Positions 1 through 9,484 of a DNA stretch of 26,619 nt are shown here, one piece after another. Origin of the DNA: Paraspadella gotoi (Eukaryota; Animalia; Chaetognatha); contig JBJCIZ010000206.1 in NCBI GenBank assembly GCA_051294375.1, positions 12,515-39,133 on the forward strand. The letters run 5' to 3'. The translations under genes and the position numbers were made by a program. A model generated the notes under the pieces. It worked only from the letters and a program-made list of their open reading frames with translations. It searched no databases and was not told the DNA's origin. Position 1 is the stretch's first letter; every line of letters begins with the position of its first letter.

Positions 1-362
1 AATTTTTTTGTTTTATTAATGAAAAATTTAAAAAAATAAAGTTCAGCCAATAATGATGATGATTTTTTAAAGTTTTTCTATTTTTAACCAATTTATTATT
101 AAAATTTGAAAAAAATTATAGTACTAACTTTCATTTAACTTTTTAAGCTCTACAAGAACCCCGTTCTTAAAAAAATCAAATTTTTTAAAATTTTTTTTGT
201 CATTTGTTATATATTAAATAATATTTAAAAGCTTCAGTGCAACAACCCAATGAACTAATTCAAAAAGTTACATTGAAATATCGATTTAGTAGTAGAAGGA
301 AAAATAAATTTTTTGAGAGAATAGAAGTTATAAAAAGTTTCATTTTTGGCCCGCCTTACTAA
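1..362. repeat. AT-rich dispersed repeat fragment (MITE-like), related to ~6680-7180
   Basis: ATTTAACTTTTTAAGCTCTACAAGAACCCC (~133-162) resembles ATTTAACTTTTTATGCTCTATCAGAATCCACC (~6988-7019). The segment ends in CGCC-TTA, as seen at 6511-6517 and 8444-8450. Confidence 0.4.
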
Positions 363-493
363 TATATTGCATGTGATTAAACAATGTTATCAGAATAAAA
401 TTTAATCAATTTATGTATTTTGTAAGTATTTTAAGTATTTTTTATCAGTGAGTAAAATAACAACTTTTTTATTCGCTAATTTTTATCTCGACC

Positions 494-770
494 TTCTCTT
501 TCTCTCTCTCTCTCTCTCTTTGCAATTGCAACGATCCTGTATGCTCATTTTTTGCTCTCTCTCTCTCTCTTTGCAATTTCAACGATCTTTTGCTCATTTT
601 TCTGCTCTCTCCTCTTTTCTCTCTCTCTCTATCTCTTTGCAATTGCGACGATCCTTATGCTTTTAGGATTTTTTAACTTGCATCATTTTTCTCTGCTTGC
701 ATCATTTTTTCAACTTGCATAATTTTTTAAAATTGCATCATTTTTTCACATTAATTAATTAATTAATTAA
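494..770. repeat. (CT)n microsatellite with short tandem sub-repeats
   Basis: Three CTCTTTGCAATT(G/T)C(A/G)ACGATC units with CT runs, about four TTGCAT(C/A)ATTTTT units, then (TTAA)n. Confidence 0.85.
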
Positions 771-799
771 AACATTTTTAGTAATCATGAATAGTAATC

Positions 800-1745
800 A
801 TAATAATAAAGATTCAAGTAAATGTGACTTATGTTTTTTCCATTTAAACTCATTTCCACTGGCACAATTTCGTCAAAACTATCTAGCTTCTTCACACACT
901 TTCCTACCCGCTCACAAAATTTCATCTCAATCTATTATGGGTTAAAATAAGTAAAAAGATTCAAGTAAATGTGACTCATATTTTTTCATTTAAACTCATT
1001 TCCACTCGTACGTTTCTACCGAAACTTTATATTAAGCAACGTTAAACATTTTTCTACCCACACAAAAAAATTGAACTCAATCTATCGATCCAATTATTAC
1101 GAGTTATTGGAGCTTTTGCTAAGAGGGACGGATTTATTGACTAATTAATTAATTTATTGATTAATTAATTGACTAATTGATTAATTAACTGATTAATTAT
1201 TTGATTTATTAATATCATCCTTCATTTACATTTAATATAAAAGGAAAAAAAGCATAATCAATTAGTGAAACAGGTTTTTGTTTTTTTTCCATTAAACTCA
1301 TTTCCACTCCATTTCCATCGAAACTTGATTTCCAGCTCAATCACACGCTTTCCCTCCCAAATACAAAATTTCAAGTCAATCGCCCCTCCACTTTGAGTAA
1401 TTGGTGTTCAAATAGTGACATTATTTTTTTATATTTTCCATTAAACTCATTTCCACTCGCACGATTCACATCGAACTTCATATACAGCTCATTACACACT
1501 TCCTACCACACACACAAATTTCATTCCAATCCATCCATCCAATCACGAGTAATTGGTGTTTTTTGCTAGGTGGGACGGACGGACAGACGGACGGACGGAC
1601 ATCGTTTTTTTTTTTTGCCTATTTATCATAATTCGATGTTCTGACATGATATAAGTGACTGCCCGACAATATTGAGGGGCGGACCGACGGACCGACAAAG
1701 TGAATAATAGAGTCGGGATCTGCTGATAAGCAGATCCGACAAAAA
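800..1745 (+). mobile_element. Non-autonomous Helentron-associated (HINE/DINE-1-like) element
   Basis: Four internal sub-repeats containing TAAACTCATTTCCACT (~845, 991, 1293, 1442). A (GGAC)n microsatellite lies at ~1573-1600. A terminal hairpin GTCGGGATCTGCT-GATA-AGCAGATCCGAC (1712-1740) is followed by an A run. An inverted homolog lies at ~16632-16860. The family call is by architecture only. Confidence 0.6.
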
Positions 1746-2755
1746 AATAAATAATTCTTCTTTTTCTCTCTTTTCCCTCTTTAGAACGAACAAAGAAGCA
1801 ATAAAATAAAACCAAATAAATGAAAAAATTAATAAAAAAATTATTATAAAAAATTTAAGAATTAATAATAGAAGGAAGGAATCTTAAAAAGACATTAAGG
1901 CTAACTAAAAATATCCTTCAATGATGATATACTTTTTAATAAAACGAAAAAAAAAAAATTATTAATCAATAAATCTTTTGATCATAGCTCAATCATTAAT
2001 AATATCAATCAATAAACTATATTCATTTATATTTTATAATTATGGTCATGGTTATGAAGACTAACAACTAGAAAAATAATGAGAAGAAAAAGAGATAGCG
2101 AAAGAGAGAAAGAGAAAACGAGAAAACTTAATATAAAATTTTTGACTTTTTTTATATTTGTGTTATGCAAAGAAAAACTTGTATGCATGATTTATCATGT
2201 TGTATTATTTGATTAGCTGATAAGCTCAATTCATGGCTAATTTCAAGATTGCTCAAACCAATTTTTCTTTTACTAACTATAATGTGTATATCGTGTTTGG
2301 ACATAACTTTCGCCAAACGTGGAATGGAAATAAACTTATTTCGTCCGTGTATAATTGATAAAACTTTACGTATGATTGAGAATAATTATTATTAATCATT
2401 GGTTATTTTGTATTAAACCTTCTCTTTTCTTGTACAGATCACGTGATATAATTATTGATCAGCTCGTGTCGGGGTTTTATATTATGATCTATTTTCTCAG
2501 TTCCTTACTCTAAGCATTTCTAATGATTAATGTTGCCTTTGGCCGTCCTTACCTTTTGCTGCAGATTGAGCATGATTTCATAAGAACTTTATTTGGTCTC
2601 TAATATCCACTGAACTTACCCAAATCATATCAAGCTACAATCAGTTCTATCAAGTTTTGCCATCTGCGAATCAGTTAATAACCTTAATGGCCCATACTTC
2701 CGTCTGATGCAAAGATCAAGGCAATCTGTGAAGATTTGGTTTGATTTGAACTTAC

Positions 2756-2909
2756 GCGATTGCGCAGCCCACATTGAACATTGTCGTCCGGAGACCCCAT
2801 TCTTCCGTCCTCTTGAAGTCGGAGAGAGAATTGTGGCACGACTCCGCATTCCACTCTGCAAGTCCGCCACTGCAGCGTCGAAGGCGCACCCCAACAATCC
2901 CTCCAAAGT
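2756..2909 (-). other. Candidate coding exon, unknown product
   Basis: GC-richer island bounded on the minus strand by CCATAG| and |GTAAGT. Open frame reads FGGIVGVRLRRCSGGLAEWNAESCHNSLSDFKRTEEWGLRTTMFNVGCAI. Confidence 0.25.
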
Positions 2910-3817
2910 CTATGGCAAATTCCCATCTTTTTTTTTCACGTCATATGGTCTTGAGCATTTTCATATTGAGCCTAATTAATCATAATCATACGTAAAGTTT
3001 TATTAATTATACACAGACGAAAGTTTATGTCCAACACCTCTATCTGAAATAGAAGATAAAGAAGATTCAGGAGCCAGAGTTAAAGAGAAAATTACCATTA
3101 AATACTTTAGTTTGTTTTAAATATTAGTATTTTAAAGTTTAAAATGTTAGTTTTAACGGTTAAGCGAATTTCCTAAAAAATTAACGGTTAACGAAACTAG
3201 GATTGACCCGAGGACGATTCCTATAAGTTCTGCTTTTTCAATAGATTTTTGAACATAAAAAAGCAGGAAAATTAGTTTAGGATTATCATGGTCGCATAAC
3301 CCGCGACCAAGAGCAGTACAGAAAGATCATTCCAAAGCAACTAAATTAAGCTATTGCTAAAAGCTTTTTGAAAATTAAGCAATAATTGTGCATAATCGTT
3401 ATGCTGCTGTTTATTGAGTTTTCTAAACCTGAAAAGTAAAGTAAAAATATTTTTGACGCTGAAAAACCGGAAGTGACCTTTTTTAGTAATATTTTTAGTT
3501 TGATATTTTTTGTACTAATAAAAATATAAATGTTCATGTTTATTCTTATATTTTCTTGGGTAAAAATATTAAAAAGTGTATTAAATTTTTTTTTCTTTAT
3601 AAAATAAATAAAAACCTTAAAAACTCTATTTGACGCTCGTAGCACTTTGACGCTCTGGATCCACCCCGTACTGTATTTTTTTAAAATTAAATGGGCACCA
3701 CAACTGCTCTTGATCAGACGAATCCATAGAACATGTCATTTCGGGTCTAAAAATGTCAGAAAAGAATCTACTATTTATTGTATTTATTAGTATTTATTTA
3801 GCTTAATTGATTTTTGA

Positions 3818-4068
3818 CTGTACGCTTTTATCCCCCCGTCTTTCGCCAGCGGAAGCTTTTCTTTTTACAATCTCATGGAGGATTTCGTATCTGGATCTCG
3901 TCTCAACGTCGACGACTCTCGCTACTCCTTCTCCAAAGTCTTCACTTTCTCTGGTGCCGAACTCCAGGCGTTTCACCCTAACCCCAACCCTCTCTTTGCT
4001 CCCGTCGCCACTTTCGACTTCTCGCGTCGGCGCGACCTCTCCTACGAATGTCTCTCTTTTTCATTCAG
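3818..4068 (+). other. Candidate host coding exon, unknown product
   Basis: GC-richer island with open frame ...MEDFVSGSRLNVDDSRYSFSKVFTFSGAELQAFHPNPNPLFAPVATFDFSRRRDLSYECLSFSF, ending at donor-like CAG|GTGAAA. No clear acceptor. Confidence 0.3.
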
Positions 4069-4091
4069 GTGAAAATCCTGTCAGGACTCTG

Positions 4092-4180
4092 CAGGGTTGG
4101 CATTAAAAAACCCACCCAAAAAAAACCAAAAAAACCCAGCTAAAAACACCCAAAAAACTCACTAAAAAATTACTTAATTT
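4092..4180 (+). mobile_element. Possible end fragment of a hAT-like non-autonomous element
   Basis: Starts CAGGGTTGGCA, followed by repeated AAAAACCCA-type subterminal motifs. The other end was not found. Confidence 0.3.
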
Positions 4181-4281
4181 TTCAATATTAAACAATAAAT
4201 TGTTAAAGCAAAAATTTAAGTGATATAATTTTTATAATTTTTAAAAAGATTAATATATATTTTAAATAATAAAAAATAACC

Positions 4282-4552
4282 TAGGAGAATACGTCGCTCT
4301 TAGAAGTTTTAAAGGAAGATTTTTTCAACGGAGATTTTCTTTCGCCCCTGGGGAAAATTCCGGTAAAAAATAAAAATGCTCAATTCCGACAGTGTGCATC
4401 TGAAGAGCTCGCATTTTTTCCCTCATCAACATTTTGATATCAAACAAGCCCCAACAAATAGACTGCTTCTGTATAAGAAAATTATCCATCTCTGATTTTC
4501 TATAGAAATGAAAGGGATTTTTTTCTTGAAAACGATATAATATCATGTTGTG
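4282..4552 (+). repeat. Dispersed repeat (truncated MITE-like end); inverted homolog at ~20870-21197
   Basis: TGCATCTGAAGAGCTCGCATTTT is nearly the reverse complement of AAAATGCGAGCCCTTCAGATGCA (~21034-21056). Also TAGGAGAATACGTCGCTCTTAGAA matches the reverse complement of TTCTAAGAACGACGTAAGACTCCTA. Confidence 0.75.
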
Positions 4553-4666
4553 GCGGATTCACACCGCCTCACATCCACCATCCTTCAGCCAAATCTATTG
4601 GCTCAGAGGGGAACACACCATCCCAGGCGTAGTGTTCCATCCACAGTCCTAATGACTTCCCTCTGC

Positions 4667-4746
4667 GTTGGCAAAGCGAGACCGTCCTAGGGTAACCGCG
4701 CCAGTGACTGGAGGCGTCACTGAGGGTGGAAGCCCCCAAAGTCAAC
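4667..4746 (+). ncRNA. Candidate twister ribozyme (type-P5 permutation), copy 1
   Basis: P5 GUUGGC/GUCAAC; then AAA-GCGA-GA-CCG-UCCUAGGG-UAA-CCGC-GC; P3 CAGUGAC/GUCACUG; P4 GGG/CCC around loop UGGAAGC. The order matches twister core elements (GA+T1, U|AA, P2, GC for T2, AAGC loop). Deviations: A-C mismatch in P2, one nt missing in T1, very short P1. Confidence 0.6.
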
Positions 4747-5144
4747 AGTGAGATGCCCCATCCCAATGGGCATCACAGGCAACCGGCTGTTGCCATAATT
4801 GGTGAGCCCTACTATCGAACATGCAACTCTCAGGGTACGCTACGACAAACGCCTATGCCCTGCGACTTTGGGTACGCTACGACAAATGCCTATGCCCCTG
4901 GGGTATGCTACGACAAACGCCTATGCCCCCACAACTCTCGTTCCTCTCTCTCCCACTATGGTAACAGTCTTGTCAGACACCTCTCAGGCTTGAGGAACCT
5001 GAGTGATGTCTTGGCCCGGGGATCCTGTGGCGGTATATTCACACCGCCTCGCGTCACAATCCTTCAGCCAAATCCATTGGCTCAGAGGAGGAACACACCA
5101 TCCAGGAGTAGTGTTTCATCCACAGTCCTAACGACTTCCTCTGC

Positions 5145-5223
5145 ATTGGCAAAGCTAGACCGTCCTAGGTAACCGCGCCAGTGACTGGAGGCGTCACTGA
5201 GGGTCAGAAGCCCCAAAGCCAAC
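5145..5223 (+). ncRNA. Candidate twister ribozyme (type-P5 permutation), copy 2
   Basis: P5 UUGGC/GCCAA; GA-CCG-UCCUAGG-UAA-CCGC-GC; identical P3; GGG-UCAGAAGC-CCC. P2 (GCUA) and T1 (CAG vs CCG) carry mismatches. Confidence 0.5.
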
Positions 5224-5557
5224 AGTCAGATGCCCCATCCCAATGGGCATCACAGGCAACCGGCTGTTGCCATAATTGGTGAGCCCTACTATCGAACACG
5301 GAACCTTCTCAGGGTACGCTCGACAAACGCCTATGCCCTGCCGACTTCGGACGCTACGACAAACGCCTATGCCCCTGGGGTACGCTACGACAAACGCCTA
5401 TGCCCCACAACTCGCGCTCTTCTCTCTCTCTCCCACTATGGTAACAGTCTTGTCGACACCTCTCAGGCTTGAGGAACCTGAGTGATGTCTTGGCCCGGGG
5501 ATCCTGTGGCGGTATATTCACACCGCCTCACATCCACCATCCTTCAGCCAAATCCAT

Positions 5558-6514
5558 CCAAAGTTACATACGAAAATTCTAAAGTCAATTATGAACAACG
5601 TAACATCAGTGAACATCAATTTGTAAAAAAAATTAATTTTGTTTTTTAATTTTCGCAGTAGGCTATATTTATATATAGTACTATCCTTATAAAATCGAAA
5701 AATTTCAAAATAGGCTTTTCTTAATTTTGATTGCATTTGAATTCCTGTCAAAAGTTGAAAAAGAAAATAAATCATTTTTAAAAATTCTTTCATTAAGTGG
5801 GTTAAAAAATTTAAAAAACTATTATTTAATATAGGGGCAGATAGCTTATTATTAAATGAATGGATAATTTTTATATTGGTTGTACAAATTTTCATAAAAT
5901 TCAGCTCCTTGTATTTGATGCTAGTGCGGAGTACAATAAGTATTCCCGATCTAATACTTAGGGAGTGTCTTTTCATACAATTGAAACATTCTTGAAATAT
6001 TTTCCACTTCATTGATAGGAAGCCAGGTACTCTGGGATGAATAAACGAGTCTGGTGAGAGAGTCTTGATTGAAAGTTGCGGACCTGCCTATGTCATTATC
6101 TTGTAAGAGTGATGGAGGCCTTAAACCACAAGCCTGTCCAAAGGTCAGGGGCAAGATAGGCTTATTTTTAAATGAATGGATAATTTTTATATGGTTGTTA
6201 CCAATTTTTCATATAAAAAGTTAATTTTCAACTAATAATATAGCTTTTTCTAAATTTTTGACCCACTTAATTTTAAAAAGAGTTATATTCTTTTTATCAA
6301 TTTTTTATGACGAATCCAAATCTTGCAAAAAAATCTTTAAAAAAATTTTTTGAAATTTTAAATTTATTGTTTGTACTAGTATAAATATGGCTTACTGCGT
6401 AGAATTGTAAAATTTATTATAAATTTTTTATTACATAAATGTTCATTAGTATATGTTGTTCGTTCCTCATTTTAGAATTTTAATTAAAGTTAGATTTAGA
6501 AATTTTACTACGCC
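5558..6514. mobile_element. Non-autonomous DNA transposon with long diverged inverted arms (~5560-5830 and ~6230-6514)
   Basis: ATTAAGTGGGTTAAAAAATTTA pairs with TAAATTTTTGACCCACTTAAT, and CGCAGTAGGCTATATTTATA pairs with TATAAATATGGCTTACTGCG. The right end ACTACGCC|TTA recurs at 8440-8450. A TTA flank would fit PIF/Harbinger-like (inference). Confidence 0.6.
5900..6146 (-). pseudogene. Degraded N-terminal APE-endonuclease-like fragment of a LINE ORF2
   Basis: Frameshifted pieces TFGQACGLR (cf. WNxxGLR), IKTLSPDSFI..TWL (cf. PDxxxIQETWL) and SGILIVLRTSIKYKEL (cf. GGxxIxVR..I.Y.E) occur in the expected order. Confidence 0.45.
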
Positions 6515-6670
6515 TTACAGTGTTCAATGCAATATATAGGGGAAACAAAAAATAGTTTAAGAATAAGATTTAACGGTCATAAACATTCTATAAGTAGGGG
6601 GAGACTAACTCAGTAAGGTGGTTAAGAAATTTGAATTAAGCACCTGCTCAAACGAAAATTTAGACATTTT
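6515..6670 (+). pseudogene. GIY-YIG endonuclease fragment of a Penelope-like element
   Basis: Translates LQCSMQYIGETKNSLRIRFNGHKHSI (C...YIGET...LR.RFN.H motif), then degrades. Confidence 0.85.
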
Positions 6671-7179
6671 TAAAAAAATTTGAATAGACAAATTTTTTTA
6701 ATATTACTCCATACTCCATATATTAATTTTTTAATATTTATTTATAAATAGGAAAGGCTAAAAAAATTTTTAGGATTTTTTATTTTTAAGATCAGATTCA
6801 GGTAGCTTGCAAAAAGTTGTCTACACAAAGTATAATTCTTTTTTTGACATTTTGATCATAAGTGTGTGAAAAATATGAAAAACTATTTATAATCATCATC
6901 ATCATTATTTTTCGATAATTTTATTACTTTTTCCTAATTTTGACTAAGAAAACATAAATATTTTTGAAAGTGGTAGTTAAATTTTTTATTTAACTTTTTA
7001 TGCTCTATCAGAATCCACCAAAAAAAGTTAAGATTGATTAAAAAATTTTTTTATCATTATATAGTAATATTGTAATTTTAATAGCAACAATAAAAGCATT
7101 AAAATCGAACTTTTTAAAAACATCTTTTTTTACCTAAAAGTAGACTTCAAGACTAAAGTTTTGAACCACCGCCCCTATT

Positions 7180-8426
7180 GAATTTAATTTCATAGTAGAT
7201 TTCTACTATAAGGTCAAAAAAAAGTACTCAAATTATCCATCAACATTTTAACAATGAAAATCATGGTCTAGAAAACTTACGAATTATACCAATAGAAAAA
7301 ATTTAGACCAATGAATAATATAATAAATCAAAATAAATTAAGACTAGAAAGGGAAGCACATTGGGAAAGAAAATTTCAATCTCTTTACCCTTTTGGATTA
7401 AATGTAAGATTAAAAGGTATAGGAGATTTTGTACCATTTCAACAAAACTATCAAATATAAGGAAATACAAAAAGAAAAAAACGATCACACGGAAAAAGAA
7501 AACGAAAAAATAGAAGACCAGGGCATATTTTTACTTTAACTTATTTAAAAAAATTATATAATAAAATAAAGAATCAAGAATATCACATGCATTATATTAA
7601 AACCTATCTTTATAGTTTGCCACGAGGAAAATTATTAATTCTATACAATGAGAGTAGAAATATGAATGATAATGAATACAGAAATTTACGAGATAGCATT
7701 ATAATGATATCAGGTATACAATTATTTAAACCAGTTTTAACAGAAAAAATTAGAAAAAGAAAATAATACCACATTAATTTTATAGATAATGGCTTAGACT
7801 ATATTAATCTTAGTGGGATTTTAAATAGTAAAACCATACAAAACAAAATACCAGCATATTTTAATTACAAGGAACCCCCAATAATAGGATATAGATATAA
7901 TAAGAGCATAGCAGGTTTAATATTTAATTGTAAAAAATGCTTGCAAAATGAGGATGTTAATAATATTGATATAAATTTAATGGTCTGTGATTGTGAAAAT
8001 TCTGCATTTAAAGATCCACATAATAACCATATTATAACAGGTAATTTGAATATAATAGAAAATGAAAATTTCAAGAAAATTTTGAAAAAAGGGCCAAAAT
8101 ATAGATTACCTAGAAAAATAAATTGGATAAAAAATATGGATTATGGATAATATAGTAAACTTCATAGATATGTATGCTAAAGATTGGTTAAAAAAAGAAA
8201 ATCAGGCCAATAAAGACAAATATAAATAAATATCAATGTTTTAAATGTATGGAAAAAAGAAGTTTTAAATTTAGTTAAAAAATGGATAGAATATTGCAAG
8301 AAAGTTAAAAATACTTTCCCATTAAATATTACGGGTTCTTTAAAAACTGAACTAAATAGATTACAAGATAATTTTATAATAACACCAGCGGACAACTCAA
8401 AACAATATTTTTTTTACATGTAAAAA
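7180..8426 (+). mobile_element. Penelope-like retroelement, Naiad/Chlamys-type (GIY-YIG before RT), degraded and cut by a gap
   Basis: In order: HQHFNNENHGLENLRIIPIEK..LRLEREAHW..FQSLYPFGLN (GIY-YIG C-half); basic KKRSHGKRKRKNRR; HYIKTYLYSLP; LFKPV; NGLDYINLSGIL..IPAYFNYKEPPIIGY; CDC..HIITGNLNIIEN..KGPKYRLPRKINW; LQDNFIITPAD..NNIFFTCK (start of PLE RT). Several frameshifts and stops. Confidence 0.85.
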
Positions 8427-8436
8427 NNNNNNNNNN
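8427..8436. other. Assembly gap (10 N)
   Basis: Run of N. Confidence 1.
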
Positions 8437-9484
8437 TTCACTACGCCTTACTATTGAATTAATACTCAAATTACTGCATTTAGCAGTTAAACATTGTGTA
8501 TTTTCTCTCTTTTCGTTGTTCATAAGAGGCAGTGATTTCTATCGAGGAATTAAGCAAAAAAACCACTTTTTACAAGATTGCTAGAATATTACCAACAATA
8601 TTGATTAAATTTGAATCCTAAGACAAAGAGGGCTGGACTACGGATTAATTGAAATTATCTGCTGCATTTTCTAATCAAGAATAAATATCATTTTTGCTAC
8701 TTTTAATAAAAAGAATTATGTCCATTTTTGTCTATTTTGACTTTTGTCTTGAGATTTGAACGACAAGATCGTTGAAGAAAAATTTTTTACTCCGGAATTC
8801 GGGTCCTTCTAATATTCTTTACCTCTGAGTTGTTTCATTTGTCATTGATCATCTATTGTTTGTCTATGAATTAATTTTTAAATTGACTAGTGAAAAACTT
8901 ACATTTTTATATTTTATTACAATTTGTTAAACGAAAATACTTAAAAATGTTCACAATTCTAATCAAATATTCCCTATTAACGGTGCTTCTGGTACCTAAA
9001 AAATTAGGGCAAAAAATTTAATACTTTTGCTGCAAAAAAATTTTCAAACCTACTTTTAATTTGTGAGGATTTGTGAGGAGCGTTTTATTTGAACTAAAGC
9101 TCGATTTTTGACTTATTTTATAGTTTTAATAGATGAGAAACACACTAAAGTTGAAAAATTTAAAAAAACCGCCTTCTTTTATAGAAAGGGGAAGCGTCAG
9201 AAAATTAATTTCTCTCAATCGACAGCTTTTTGCGGAAAATATTTCCGCAAAATTCTGTCGATTTTTTAAATCTGCTCGGCAACCAAACTTTGAATACAAT
9301 CATACGCAACCCAATATTTTTTTTCTTACAATATATTTGATAGATTTCCTTTCTTTTCGTTGTTAAATAGATTTAGGTAAACAATTTTTATTTTCACAAC
9401 GCAGTTTATTTATTAAATAATGCTGACATGTTTCGAAATGGCAAATTTACAATTTTGAATTACAAAAGTTTTGGCAAAAAACAA

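Larger units (their letters stand above)
4549..5557 (+). repeat. Head-to-tail tandem array, ~477-479 bp GC-rich unit x2.1 (candidate retrozyme-like element)
   Basis: TGTGGCGG...ATTCACACCGCCTC recurs at 4549, 5026 and 5505. Units align end to end with few substitutions and indels. The third copy stops after ~53 bp. Confidence 0.95.

Noticed and set aside
3313-3675. Tc1/mariner-type MITE (CAGTAC...GTACTG-TA)
   Set aside because: Only 6 bp of clear terminal match, and the left TA duplication is absent.
4833-4928. CRISPR-like array from the 28-bp direct repeats
   Set aside because: Spacers are only 9 and 3 bp, there are no cas genes, and the context is eukaryotic.
4726-5172. 148-aa ORF nearly spanning the repeat unit (477 nt is divisible by 3, suggesting rolling translation)
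   Set aside because: In-frame TAA and TGA occur in the ribozyme region, the frame is not preserved in copy 2, and there is no recognisable domain.
4549-5557. Tandem LTR/TRIM array, or hammerhead/HDV ribozyme in the unit
   Set aside because: No PBS, PPT or TG..CA internal layout. No CUGANGA+GAAA core on either strand, and no HDV-like nested pseudoknot could be built by eye.
9425-9435. Complete hammerhead at minus-strand CGAAACATGTC
   Set aside because: No upstream CUGANGA box or stem II.
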